Below are positions 15,131 to 33,497 of a stretch of DNA of 64,000 bases, piece by piece (within the stretch, counting starts at the first letter, position 1; each line of letters begins with the position of its first letter). The DNA comes from the human T2T-CHM13v2.0 reference genome, Homo sapiens: assembly GCF_009914755.1 (NCBI RefSeq), contig NC_060947.1; one strand, written 5' to 3'. A program made the translations under genes and the position numbers. The notes beneath the pieces were generated by a model. That model ran no database searches and was not told the origin of the DNA. It saw only the letters and a program-made list of their open reading frames with translations.

Positions 15131-16875
15131 CGCCACAGCATTCCAGGTGTCCAGCACTGCCTGTCAGGAACGAACAAGGAGACAACGGGAGATGCTTTTC
15201 GTTCCAGGGTTCCTATCATCACCATTCACAACATTGAGCCTGGGAGGGTCTTGAGCTGCCCTGCCCCTCTGGATGGTGCCTGTCGGATTCTTCTTGTGTT
15301 TACCCCCCAGATAACCCAGGAATACACAAAGTCTTTAGTGTGCATTGCTCCCCCCTTCCTCCCTGCTCACATAAAAGCTGGAGCTCTTATCCTAGAATTC
15401 AGCCTTCCCCGGAAGCAGGAATCTATGTGCTAATGTGTTAATCCTCCTATTCAAAAGGTCGCTTCTTCCCTACTGTGGGGACCAGCAGCAGTCTATAACC
15501 CGCCCCGTACAGTATTTCTGTCCTGGGGTGAGCCTTGTTCCAGCCTAATTATAGCACAAAGGGGAGTTTAGACCCACTCATGCAGTTGTTTAAATTTACT
15601 GGGAGCAAATGGGGCTAGGGGATTTGGAAGGTAGCAATAGGGTCCTGACTTCCAAATTACTGGAGGCCACGTGACGACCAGGGCTCTTAGAGAAAGCAGG
15701 AGGGGATAGGGAGGAGAGTCATGCACGTGTGCCCTAGCCAGAGGAATCCCCCAAAGGGTCAGGAGAGTGTGGGCAAATGACCGAGGGCTAGAGCCGGCAT
15801 CCTGGAGGAGCATGGTCCTCCCTTTGGCATGCCATGGGCACCCTATAAGGAGGCTGCGTCCATTGTGGGAGCCTTTCTTTCCTGTGTGGGAAAGAACTAG
15901 GATCAGATTTTCCGCCTGGCCATTCTGAGAAAGCCAGAAAGAAGGGAACGGCGGACACAAGCAGACAGAGCCTTTCATCATGGCTGTGGGTGGTGGGGAG
16001 AGACAATGGTGGCCTTGCTATCTGGCTGGGGCTTCTTGGGGGACATAGGCTAGGTACAGCTGTGGGGCACTGGCTCTTTGCTGAGCAAATGGAGCAGGGA
16101 GAATGTTTGGGAGAGAATAATGGCATTACATGCTGCCCCTCTCCTTTCGCCCCTTGGCAGCTGTGCCATGGCAGTGTCAGGAGGTGTGGGCCCCAGCCAC
16201 TGGACCTGGGAGACTGCTGAAAGGATCTGTGGTTGAGTGGAAGGAGCACTGGACTGGGAGTCAAGAGTCAGACATCCAATCTCTTTCAGGTTCTGGCCAT
16301 GTGTCTTCATCTGTCCTCTAAGTGGGTTGAATGAGCTCATTGCTAGAAACTTTTCTAGCTCCACAATTTTAGAATTCATCTCCTCAGGAGAGTTTCTGGA
16401 AGTTAGAAGGTAGGACAGGACATGAGACTGGAACACACAGAGGACCCTTTCCACTGGTGAGTCAAAACTGGGATGCCATGGTGGCTGCCCCACTGCTCAG
16501 CACTCCTGAAGCACTCTTAGGAGGCCACAGCTAACCAGCCATGGCTGCCCCTGAGGAGAACCGGGGCCCAGTGAAGAGTACAAGTCTATTGTTGCCCTGT
16601 GAAGTCCTTCTGACTGACAAAACGCTCAAGATCCTAATGAGTAAGCTGGGCATAGCTGGGAGACAAATGCACCAAAGTGTATCCATGGGAGTTGTAATCC
16701 TGAGATTAGGGATGGTGGATTATTTTCCCTTTCTCTTATTTTCAAACTTTTCAGGAAAGTGGTTATATTAATCTTTTTGAACACTGCTTTGCTAAAAGGA
16801 GGCTTTCCAGGGGTCACTATCGTTAGGTGGCAGGGTGACTAAAGCCTTGACTGGGCCGAGGTTTACTTTGGAATT

Positions 16876-17077
16876 GAACTGTCCAATAAGCTAACCAGTA
16901 GCCACATGTAGCTATTTAATTTAAGTAAAATTAAGCAAAATAAAAAAATTCAGCTTTTCAGTTGACTAGCCACATTTCAAGTGCTTAGCAGCTACAAGTG
17001 GCTAGTAACTGCCATATTGGACAGCACAAATATGGGATATTTCCATGGTCTTAGAAAGTTCTACTGGATAGTGCTGC
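16876..17077 (-). mobile_element. MER3 (hAT-Charlie)
   Basis: ctgtccaata...tagccacatttcaagtgct...gtggctagt...tattggacagc...agaaagttctactggatagtgctg. Confidence 0.85.
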
Positions 17078-17117
17078 TTTGGGATATCCATGAAAATAGT
17101 TTTGAAAAGCAAAGTTT

Positions 17118-17587
17118 GGCTAGACACAGTGGCTCACACCTATAATCTCAGCGCTTTGGGAGACTGAGGTGGGAGGATTGCTTGAGCCCAGGAGTTTGAG
17201 ACCCCATCTCTACAAAACATAAAAGTATTAGGTGGGCACGACGGCATATGCCTGTAGTCCCAATTACTTGGGAGGCTGTAGTGAGCGAGGATCACTTGTG
17301 CCCAGGAGTTTGAAGTTGCAGTGAGCTATGATGATGCAGCACTGTACTCCAGCCTGGGTGACAGAGCCAGACTGTCTCAAAAAAAAAAATAAAATAAAAA
17401 ATAAAAAAAAAAAGCAATGTTCTATTATGTGTGTGTTAACAAGCTGGGCCCGGTGATACTTCCCTGTAGTCCCAGCTACTCAGGAGGTTGAAGTGGGAGG
17501 CTTGCTTGAGCCCAGGAGTTCAAAACCAGCCTGGGCAACATAGCCTGGGCAACACAATGAGACTTATCTCTTAAAAAAAAAAAAAAA
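17118..17587 (+). mobile_element. AluJ (17118-17412) plus FLAM-type monomer (17443-17587)
   Basis: dimer followed by a monomer with an internal agcctgggcaaca duplication. Confidence 0.85.
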
Positions 17588-18127
17588 GTGTGTTGGCCTT
17601 ACTAAAGAGACCAAATGTCTTTAAGTCTCCTACCTGGAAATCTGTGCTTACAGTAATGTGAATATTCCATATTATTTTCTTATATCCATTCAAAGAGGTA
17701 AATCCAAGCTCTTTGGGCAGTACTTTGTTAGTTGTTACTATTACTGCATGATTGAAAGTAATAAAATTGTATTTCTTGAAAACATAATCTTACTACTTTT
17801 AAGGTTGTGATTGACTTGATGCATCTTTCTGGATCCCAGCTTTTCCTGTCATTCTGTAAGAAAACTAGTCCATTTAAAAGCTGCTATTTTTGCAGGATAG
17901 GTAGGATCTCCTAGTATATCTTGAAATGCCTGAGAGAATTTCAGTTAGTTGTTGCTCTCATAACTCATGGAAAACTAGGCCTTATATTGGGAAGTGGGAG
18001 CATGAGGCGGAGTGGAAGTGAAGTAGAGGGGTGGGAATGAGGGACAAGCCCAGGCAACAATGGCCTTTGACTATTATCCTAATGCTCCTGGGAAATGAAA
18101 ACCAATACTCCTTATAAGGAGATCAGG

Positions 18128-18773
<646 letters not shown>

Positions 18774-19769
18774 TAGATCACCTGATTGACCCAGAGAAGT
18801 AAGAACTTGACCAGAAGTTCATGTTAGCCAGTTCCTTCTATGGCCTTGGGCACATAACTTCTCTATAACAGTTTGTTCTTCTGAAAAATGAAGACGGATC
18901 TAACAGTGCTTCTATAGCTGACAAGGCTATATACCCTAGAAAATTTACTTTCAAGTCCCATTAACTATTTCAATATAAACTTATATATGTAAGACATTTT
19001 CCTTTATGCTCTTTTTTGTTTCCATTTTTTCCCCTTTGTTTCTCAGGAGGATCTGGTTCTCTTTCTCCCTATGATTTCCAGAATGTTTCAAAACTCGTCA
19101 AATGAAAATATGCGAGTCATGACTTGTGGGTAGCAAGCTAGGACTTGTGGGGACAGTTAGGGGGAGGGCAAACCCTGAGATCTGCCAGCAATTGTTTCTC
19201 CTCTTGATTTGAACGAAGGAAAAGATCATGTTATTTATATAGCATAAGGTTCCAGATTTTCAGGAATGAAATCTGAGCCCAGCATGTCAACATATTGGTC
19301 TGGTCTGTCTTGGAATCTACAGTAGATGGATTTCTTTGTGCTGGGAAACATTAGGAAGGTCAATATTCTTTTCTAATTTTTTCCTTTTAAGAAAAGGTTT
19401 CATTCTCACACTCTAAAGTGGTGGTATTAGATATCATCCAGATAATACACTCAATGGTTGTGCAGACTTCAGTTTCAAACATAAAGCCCCGGGGCAAACA
19501 GCTTTTATGTATTCAGTTACATGTTCTTTATTTCACAGATAATGTTTTTCAACAAATATTAACCGCCTGGGAGGAAATACAGAAGTGAACAATCAAATGA
19601 AATAAAAATAAAACTGATGTTAATAACAATAAAGCCTCAAATAGCAACGAACCCAGAGAGACATCAACCTGGGCTTCCCAATCATCCAGGAGTTGTCCCA
19701 GAAAGGATAATCCAACAGATGCAGCAGGTGAGACAGAAGCCTCCCGGCAATGGTGGGTGGTTGGCCCTG

Positions 19770-20140
19770 TGGAGTAGTGGAAAAAGCATGGCGCTGGGGA
19801 TCAGAGGACTTGGCTTCAAGACCTTCCTTTTCTCTGATGAGTTGTACAGGAAGGTGTAATCACTCACTCTCCCTGGCTTTCAGTTTCCTCAAATCCAAAG
19901 AAAGGAGTTGGCCTAGACCTAGAGGAAAGGGCTTGGGCTCTGGTGTCAAGACAGCGGGAGGTCTCCCTCCTGGCTCTACCACTCTCCCCTGTGTAACCTC
20001 GGACAATTATTCTCTGAGCCTCAATTTCTTCCCCCTGTAAATCAAGGACAATAGTATCTTCCGGATTAAGCTACCCTGAGGATGAAAAGGGATAATGTTT
20101 TTAAAGCGTCTGGCACATAGTAGGCAGCACTCAGGAAACT
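19770..20140 (+). mobile_element. MIR fragments (two)
   Basis: gagtagtggaaaaagcatgg...; ctctgagcctcaatttcttcccctgtaaa...tggcacatagtagg. Confidence 0.7.
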
Positions 20141-20759
20141 TTAGTTTCTTGCCAACTTCCTCTTTAAATCTGTTCCAGCTCTAAAACACGCTAGTCCCAA
20201 TCCAGTTCCTTTGTCTACGAAATCCAGTCCAAAGCTTAGAAAGATCTCTAATTCCCAATCGCGGCAAGAGCACACACACACACCTGAATTGTCTCTTTCA
20301 TTTCTCCAAATTGCCACTGAAACTTTCTTCCTGGGAAGTATTTGCCCCCATTCGCTATCTCTTAAAGAACCTATCTACACAGTTTTTTCTTCCCTAACTT
20401 TACATAAACTTCCCTTTTTCAAGGCGGCCATGGAGCGAGTCTTAAGGCAAAAGAGACTGCCTGGTCTTTCCTTTGCAGCCACCAGCCGCAGGGCTGCCCC
20501 GGGGACAGAGCTCCTCTTGGCCTCTCATTTCCGCCCCTCCAGGTGTTTCATTGCAAGCCCAAGAGTTAGCTAGTGTTTCCCAGGTAAGAAGGGCACAGAC
20601 CCTGCCCACCTTCCAGTCTCTGGCTTTGAGACTAGTGGATTCAAAAATAGGATCCCTTTGGCGGTTAGTTCCTTGGTGGTTTGACTAACTTGGCATGGAT
20701 AGAGAACTGCTGCGTGGTGGTCCTTCTTTGGGAAAGGAACTCCTTGCTCAGAACTCCTT

Positions 20760-21735
<976 letters not shown>

Positions 21736-21739
21736 TGTT

Positions 21740-22361
<622 letters not shown>

Positions 22362-22729
22362 TGACACGAGTGAGTGGGATTTGAATGAAGAAAGAAGTCT
22401 CAGTGACTAAAAACTGGGAGTTTTTCCCAGTAATGATGTTAAAGGAGGAATGGCAAAGCAGATGGAGTGAATGAACAGGACAGAGGAGGAGATGGGTTTG
22501 GGAGGGGCCCATGATGGAGCCTAGCCCCTTGATGTGGTCCAAGCTGCAGGTGTGAGAAAGTTGTATCTAGAAGCAGCTGCTTGGAGAAATTGGAAGCAAA
22601 AGAGGCTGGGGTCCAGACATGAAATCAGTATCAAGGATTTGGCAAAGAGATGAAAAAGTGAATTTCAGATTTGTTAAAGAAAGGACAGGGTCTGTATCGG
22701 GTTCAGGGGGAAGGGATCACTCCAATCTA

Positions 22730-23255
<526 letters not shown>

Positions 23256-24146
23256 AGCACCCCTGGAATCAAGAACAAGATTTGGACAAAGGAGGAAAGG
23301 GAACCCGCACTTATTCATATGATGAAACTCTGGGGATCAGGCCTGGGCAGAGAAAGACCACAGAAAAGAGTGGCCCACATTCCACATTCCTGTGGGAATG
23401 GGGGCTGGGGGCTGCCATAATCCCAGCTGGAATCTGAATGGATTGTCCCTAAAGGCTGCTGAGCAAGGCCTCACTAAGATTCTGATGTCTAAATCCTCAG
23501 CTGTTTGAAGACCTGGTGTCTTAGAGCTTTGCCAAAACCTCATTCAGGATGCCAACTCCTCTTAGGACCAGTATAATGAATGTGAGATTGCAGCTTTCTG
23601 TTTGCCTAAACATGCTTTACCCTCCCCTAGATCAATGAAAGAATGTGTCTCTTACTCAATTTCAAGTGCCTCCTCTCTCTCTCCCAGTTAAAGTGGAAAC
23701 TCTGGCCGGTTTAGAGAGTCTGTGGCCGACAAAGCCAGAGTTAAGGTTTCAAAGGCACTTGCCTCCTAACCCCTCGTTTCAATTCCTCATTATTTCCCTA
23801 AAAAAAATGCCATTGGGTTTGAAACAGATTGTGTTTGACTGGTCACCAACTCAAATGTCTTCTGATGTCACCACTTTTTATTCTGTGTATAGTCTTTGAA
23901 AGTACTGCTGTGAAGCACGGGCATCACTTGGAGATTTGAGTAACAGAGGCTACCCATGGAATCAGGGAAATGTCTCAGCCTAACTGGTGTCAAGGCCTGG
24001 ATTTCCAGAACCCCCACACTCATCAGCGCTCAGCAAGGAAAGCCCATTTTATTCAGAGACCACGTTTTTGTGTGAAATGCTACTTATAACAGTTATTATT
24101 ACCTTCATATTCATATTCTTTCTATTTCACGTATATATTTATCTGC

Positions 24147-24840
<694 letters not shown>

Positions 24841-25139
24841 TCACATTTTAAGGATTTTTCACTATACTTTCTTGTGTTTTTCAGAAGTATCCATAACAAA
24901 AATGATTTAACTTTGATAGTTGGAAAAACAGTAAGAAACCAATGTTAATCAAGTTTAGCCTAAAGCTGCCTCCTTACGTATTTTAAGTTCAGCCTAAAGG
25001 TTTCTCTGCTCATAATAAATTATAACCTAAATAAAACTGTAACTAGACTGTAACCTACTCTTGTGCCAGTCACCAAGTTTTGGCCAAAGGGGTCCAACTG
25101 TCCAAACCATGTTCAAATAAGATAAACACTGAGCTATAA

Positions 25140-25510
<371 letters not shown>

Positions 25511-25639
25511 CACTTTCCTCTTTCTATCTGTAAATCTTCTTCCACCACATAGCTGCACTGGAGTGTCTCTGAGCCTTCTCTAGCTCAGGAAGCTGCCCAA
25601 TTTATGAATGGTTCTTTGCTCAATTAAACTCTGTTAATT

Positions 25640-26305
<666 letters not shown>

Positions 26306-26334
26306 AACTCTGTTAAATTTAATTTAGCTAAGGT

Positions 26335-26807
<473 letters not shown>

Positions 26808-26829
26808 TAAAATTGTTTTTATGTGAAAC

Positions 26830-27290
26830 GAGCTGTGTATATGAAATCTATGAAGCTCTTATAATAGCCAAACAGTAATGGTTTAGAAAATATAAAACGA
26901 GATTTCATTCACAATAGCATCAATATGTAAAAACACCTAGGAAATATTTTAATGAGAAAATTATGTGATCTACATAAAAATAATAAGAGAGGTACATATT
27001 GTAACACAGTATAAGACACTAAAATATTGTAACACTGGCAAACGTTCCAAAATGTATAAGGTTACTAGAAATGACAATAAAAATCCCACAAGACTTTTGG
27101 AACTCAACAAAATGATTCCATATTTCATCAGCAATAATAAACAGATTTAATTTTTAAAAATTTTCTAAATAAATTTAATTTTCTGGATTTTTTATTTGCA
27201 AACAAACTAGTTAAAAGAGTATGAATTTAGAAACAGACCTGGCAAACAACTACATGATAGATTGACTCAAAAGTAAATCTAATATAATAA
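26830..27290 (+). mobile_element. Old L1M ORF2-region fragment
   Basis: ttcacaatagcatc...aaacacctaggaaata...aaaatcccacaagac...caaaatgattcc. Confidence 0.65.
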
Positions 27291-27300
27291 AAATAATTTA

Positions 27301-27954
27301 GGCCAGGTGTGGTGGCTTATGCCTGTATTCACAGCACTTTGAGAGGCCGAGGCAGAAGGATCGCTTGAGTCCAGGAGTTTGAGACCAGCCTGAGCAACTT
27401 GGCGAAACATCTTCTCTACAAAAATACAGAAGTTAACCAGGCATATTGGGGCACACTGTAGACCCAGCTACTTGGGAGGCTGAGGTGGGAGTATCACTTT
27501 AGCACTGGAGTTCAAGGCTGCAGTGAGCCACGATCGCACCAAGGCAATGGTGTCACAGAGCGAGACCCTGTCTTGAAAAAAAAAAAGGATAAAAAATTAG
27601 TTTAATAGTAGAGGATGGAGGCCAGGCGCAGTGGCTCACACCTGTAATCCTAGCACTTTGGGAGGCTGAGGCGGGCCGATCACCTGAGGTCAGGAGTTCA
27701 AGACCACCTTGGCCAACATGGTGAAACCCTGACTCTACTAACAATATAAAAATTAGCCGGGCGTGGTGGTGTGTGCCTGTAATCCCAGCTACTCAGGAGG
27801 CTGAGGCAGGAGAATCCCTTGAACCTGGGAGGCGGAGGTTGCAGTGAGCCAGGATCACAACACTGTACTCCAACCTAGGAGACAGAGCGAGACTCTGTCT
27901 AAAAGAAAAAAAAAAAAATAGCGGACAGAGAGGAAGGGGAAATTTGTCTTTCTT

Positions 27955-27988
<34 letters not shown>

Positions 27989-28157
27989 GTTTCTTTCTTT
28001 CTTTCTTGACAGAGTGTCTCGTTTTGTCGCCCAGGCTAGAGTCCAATGGACCCATCTCAGCTCACTGCAGCCTTGACCTCCCCAACTCAAGCGATCTGTC
28101 CACCTGCGTCTCCCAAAGTGTTGGGATTACAGGAGTGAGCCACTGCACCTCGCCACG
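27301..28157. mobile_element. Alu cluster: AluJ (+, 27301-27590), AluSx (+, 27619-27920), partial AluJ (-, 27950-28157)
   Basis: Alu consensus matches. Confidence 0.88.
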
Positions 28158-28234
28158 GAAAATTTCAATAAACAGCATTGGAATAACTGATCAACAATCT
28201 GATGCCCTCAAAATTAATTACAGGTATCTTTAAA

Positions 28235-28775
<541 letters not shown>

Positions 28776-28849
28776 ATCAGGTGTTTATTGAATATGTAAA
28801 ATATGCTGGCCTGCAATGTGGTGGGTGGGGAGACTCAAAGGACAAGGGG

Positions 28850-29070
28850 TGACCATTTACTGAGTGCCTGTTATTTACCAGGTATATTTTGGATGTTGAC
28901 TCATTTCATTATCCAACCATCCTGAGAGGTAGGTTATCACTGTAGTAGTAGCACAGATGAGGAAACTGAGGCTCAGAGAGACCAGTAGCATCATTAAGCC
29001 TACACATTAAGTCAGTGGAAATGCTGGGTTCAGGAGGCAGGTCTGCCTACATCAGAGCCTGTGCTCATTA
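28850..29070 (-). mobile_element. MIR
   Basis: catttactgagtgcctg...acagatgaggaaactgaggctcagagag. Confidence 0.8.
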
Positions 29071-29429
29071 ATTATATTCCATTTTTCTTCCATTATACAT
29101 ACAGTCATACACATGCAATATGATTCCTGGCTTTTCAGCCTTACGGTCTAGTTGAGAAGGTGAGATAAATAAAAATACAAATACAGGCAGTTGTTGGTTT
29201 ATGGATACACATTACAGATGGAAGTATTTCGCGTATCCCAGCTGGAAACTCCATCTCTTGGGATTTCTAGGAGGCCGGGCTGGGCTGCAGGAAACTTGGC
29301 TTTTATTCACACCAGCTTTGCTTCTGGGTTTTTTTAATGCTTGGACCAAGGCTGGAATCCACTGTTGTTGTCCCGAGTCTTTGGATTGCAAATCTAGGCT
29401 TCATTCCACCCTGCTTTCAGCAACTAAGA

Positions 29430-29589
29430 CATTGCTTCTCAAACTTTAATGCACATACGAATCACCTGGGGATCTTATTAAAATGCAGATTCTGAATGAG
29501 TAGGTGTAAAGGTGGGAGCTGAGATTCTGCTTTTCTACAAAACTCCCAGGTGATGCTCATGTGACTAGTTTGAGGATTGGGTAGCAGGC
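29430..29589 (+). mobile_element. MER5A1-like hAT transposon
   Basis: gcttctcaaactttaatgcacatacgaatcacctggggatcttattaaaatgcagattctg...ctcccaggtgatgc. Confidence 0.85.
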
Positions 29590-29596
29590 ACTAAGT

Positions 29597-30193
29597 AGTT
29601 AAATGGGTTAGCCCAGACTAAAACCTCAGTCTATCTGGCTCCAGGCAAAGTGCTGGGCTGCTCCTTATTTCCTGTGGGCTAGAGGAAGAGCATAGAACCC
29701 TGAACTGTACCAGGAAGGATCGCCAGTCACTAAGCCTCATCCAATTGAAAGGGCAGTGATTGCCCACTCATGTCAGCAGCGAAATGGCAGCTCTGTCCAG
29801 GGAAGACACCCGGGCTCACTTTGGCCTAATGTGAGTGAGTCCCTCTGCAGTCTGCCCCAAGACCTCCAGGCCACACAAGGGTGAGGAGGCCCAACGCTTC
29901 CCTTGGGAGCTGGGGGAGCCCTTCCTGTCTGTCAGGCTGGGTCAATCCTGGGCCAGTATCCTAGCAGAGCTGGTGGCCTCCCTTTCTCTAGACACCTTTA
30001 GCCACCCATCTGGGGCGTCTTGTCCTGGACCTGCCTGGCAGCAGAAGACAGAGGCAGCTATGCCAGATGGTGCAGCCAGGACAGTGGGCCACCGTCTCCG
30101 TCTCTATTGCTTCTCTTTATGCATAATGGATCATGATTAGAATACTTGGAATGTCTGTGGGGCCTGTTTTCCAGAAGCTCAAAGCCCAATAGA
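29597..30193 (-). repeat. Arm B of non-TE inverted duplication (partner 7096-7876)
   Basis: reverse complement aligns to arm A and lacks A 7239-7373. Confidence 0.95.
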
Positions 30194-30744
30194 TTATCGA
30201 GCATGCTTTTTGCTAGCCTGACCACTATCGATAACATTGTTTCTGTGGGAAATGGTTTCCAATTCCCAAACAGTGCCTAATTGCATGCTGGGAACTGGCT
30301 GCACAGAGAGGAAGAGAAGCCACGTAAGGTAGTACTCACTGAGAGTCAAAGGAATTGTTCAGAAAATGTGTACTTTTGGAGTTTAGAGCAAGGAGGGAGA
30401 ACTATGGGCTGAGTGTCAACCGAAAACTTTGGAGAGCAGGGAGACATGAGCTGGGCCCTTAAGGAGAATGAGGATTTGGGTAGGTGGGATAAAAGCTTGC
30501 AAAATGCAGAGGCAGGAATGAGGTGCTCACTACACATGCTAGGAACCATGGATTAAGGCATTCTGGTTGGAGTCAAGGGACATCAGGCTGGATGGGGTTG
30601 GAAGAAGCACTGTCTACAGAGCTTTCATATGAGAGAAGAAGGGGAGGAGGAAGAGGAGGGGGAAAAAGAAGAGAAAGGGGCATCATTTATCATCACTTCT
30701 ATGAGCCAGGCACTTTATCTACATTCTCTCTATTTCTCTCTCTC

Positions 30745-31062
<318 letters not shown>

Positions 31063-31099
31063 TGAGGAAGTTGTTTCAAAAAAGTTAAGTAACATCCTT

Positions 31100-31978
31100 T
31101 ATTTTTATTTTTATTTTTTTAAGTTCCGGGATACATGCGCAGAACGTGCAGGTTTGTTACATAGGTATACATGTGCCATGGTGGTTTGCTACACCTATCA
31201 ACCCATCATCTGGGTTTTAAGCCCCACATGAATTAGGTATTTGTCCTAATGCTCTCCCTCCCCTTGCCCCCCACCTCCCGACAGGCCCCAGTGTTTGATG
31301 TTTCCCTCCCTGTGTCCATGTGTTCTCATTGTTAAATTCCCACTTATGAGTGAGAACATGCAGTGTTTGGTTTTCTGTTCCTGTGTTAGTTTGCTGAGAA
31401 TGATAGTTGCCAGCTTCATCCATGTCCCTGCAAAGGACATGAACTCATTCTTTCTTATGGCTGCATAGTATTCCATGGTGTATATGTGCCACATTTTCTT
31501 TATCCAGTCTATCATTGATGGGCATTTGGGTTGGTTCCAAATCTTTGCTATTGTGAATAGTGCTGCAATAAACATACGTGTGCATGTGTCTTTATAGTAG
31601 AATGATTTAAATCCTTTGGGCATATACCCAGAAATGGGATTGCTGGGTCAAATGGTATTTCTGGTTCCTGATCCTTGAGGAGTCGCCACACTGTTCTTCC
31701 ACAATGGTTGAAGTAATTTACACCCTCACCAACAGTGTAAAAGCATTCCTATTTCTCCACATCCTCTGCAGCATCTGTTGTTTCTTAACTTTTTAATAAT
31801 TGCCTTTCTTACTGGCATGAGATGGTATCTCATTGTGGTTTTGATTTGCATTTCTCTAATGACCAGTAATGATGAGCTTTTTTTCATATGTTTATTGGAC
31901 GCATAAATGTCTTCTGTCTTCTTTTGAGAAGTGTCTGTTCATGTCCTTCACCTACTTTTTGATGGGGTTATTTTTTTC
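31100..31978 (-). mobile_element. 5'-truncated L1PA (L1PA8-like), inserted in a MIR
   Basis: L1 3'UTR plus ORF2 C-terminus (ORF 31246-31623: KDTCTRMFIAALFTIAKIWNQPKCPS); TSD aagtaacatcctt/aagtaacattctt. Confidence 0.92.
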
Positions 31979-32192
31979 AAGTAACATTCTTAAGCCCACC
32001 CAACTGGGGAGTGCTGGCACCAGAATTTGAGCCTAGGTCTATGCGGGTATTTGCATGACATCATGCTGTCTCACTCCTAAACGTGTCCCTGACTGATATG
32101 TTGGGTTTAAAAATACCCAGGGAAGTCCATGTTTCTAAACAGGTTCCAAAAGTCATCTGGTCTGGATCCTTGAAAAGTCAGAGGCCGTGATA

Positions 32193-33358
32193 GCTATACT
32201 AGTTTGCTAGGGCTGTCATGACAAATTCTCACAAACTGGATGGCTTAAAACAATGCAAATGTATTTTCTCACAGTTCTAGAAGCCAGGAATCTGAAATTC
32301 AGGTGTGGGTAGGGATGTGGTTCCCTCAGATGTCTCTAGGGGAAGAATTCTTCTGTATAGTCAGGGTTCTCCAGAGAAACAGAACCAATAGGAGTCATGC
32401 ATGTTTTTGTTTTGTTTTGTTTTTTTGAGACAGGGTCTCACTCTGTAGCCTGGGCTGGAGTGCAGTGGTGCCATCATGGCTCACTGCAGCCTTGACCTAC
32501 TGGGCTCAAGTGATCCTCCCATCTCAGTCTCCTGAGTAGCTGGGATCACAGGTGTGCACGACCACACTCGACTAATTTTTTTTTAATTTTATTTTTAGTA
32601 AAGAGAAAGTCTCACTATGGTTCCCAGGCTGGTCTTTAACTCCTGGGCTCAAGCAATCCCTCGCCCTGGCCTCCCAAAATGTTGACATTATAGACGTTAG
32701 CCACCGTGCCCAGCCCCGGTGATGTTTTAGTTTGAGTCTGAAGGCAGTCTTCTGTAAAACCAGGAATAGCTGATGATGCAGACAAAGTCAGAAGTCAGCC
32801 TTCTGGAGAGTTTCCTCTTGTTCAGGGAGGCCATTTTTTGTTGTTCTACTGACGCCTTCAATTGACTGGCTGAGCCCACCCACATTATAGAGGGTAATCT
32901 GCCTTACTCAAAGTTCACCAATGTAAACATTAGCCTCATCCAAAATACCCCAAAGAAACACCCAGAATAATGTTTAAACAAATATCTGGGCACCCTCTGC
33001 CTTAGCCAAGTTGACATATAAAATTAACTATCACACCTTTCTTGATTTTTTTCAGCTTCTGGTGGCTTCAGTCATTCTTTGCTTTGGAGCTGCATGATTC
33101 CAATGTCTGCCTCCATCTTCGCATGGCCTTTCCCCCTGTGTGTCTGTGTCCCAAATATCCCTCCGCCTTTCTCTTATAAGGCCACTTGTCATTGGATTTA
33201 GGGCCTACCCTAAATCTAAGATGATCTCAACTCAAGATCCTTAGCTTAAGTACATGTGCAAAGACCCATTTTTGAAATAAGATCACATTCACAGGTTCTA
33301 GGAGTTGGGACATAGAGATGTTTTTTTTGGGGGGGAAACACCATTTAATCCACTAAAC
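32193..33358 (-). mobile_element. MLT1 (B/C-like) MaLR LTR, interrupted
   Basis: agtttgctagggctgtc...ggcttaaaacaa...; ttataaggccacttgtcattggatttagggcc. Confidence 0.82.
32354..33035 (-). mobile_element. MLT2 (C/D-like) ERVL LTR containing an AluJ (32403-32715)
   Basis: tgtatagtcagggttctccagagaaacagaaccaatagg...gccaagttgacatataaaattaactatcaca. Confidence 0.85.
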
Positions 33359-33497
33359 TGGTATTCTCCCATGGGAATCTGAAGAGTTCTGCTGGCATAG
33401 CTACTTCCTAGCTTCAGGTAAAAAACAAAAGCACAAGGACTCCATAATATCAGTAGTAACCCCAGTGCAAGGAGTTAAATCTGCTGCCATCTAGGGT

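Noticed and set aside
15568-16493. Overlapping 137-158 aa minus-strand ORFs
   Set aside because: No recognisable domains, partly MIR-derived, and expected by chance in GC-richer sequence.
31246-31623. 125-aa ORF with clear protein similarity
   Set aside because: C-terminus of L1 ORF2p in a truncated L1PA; not a host gene.
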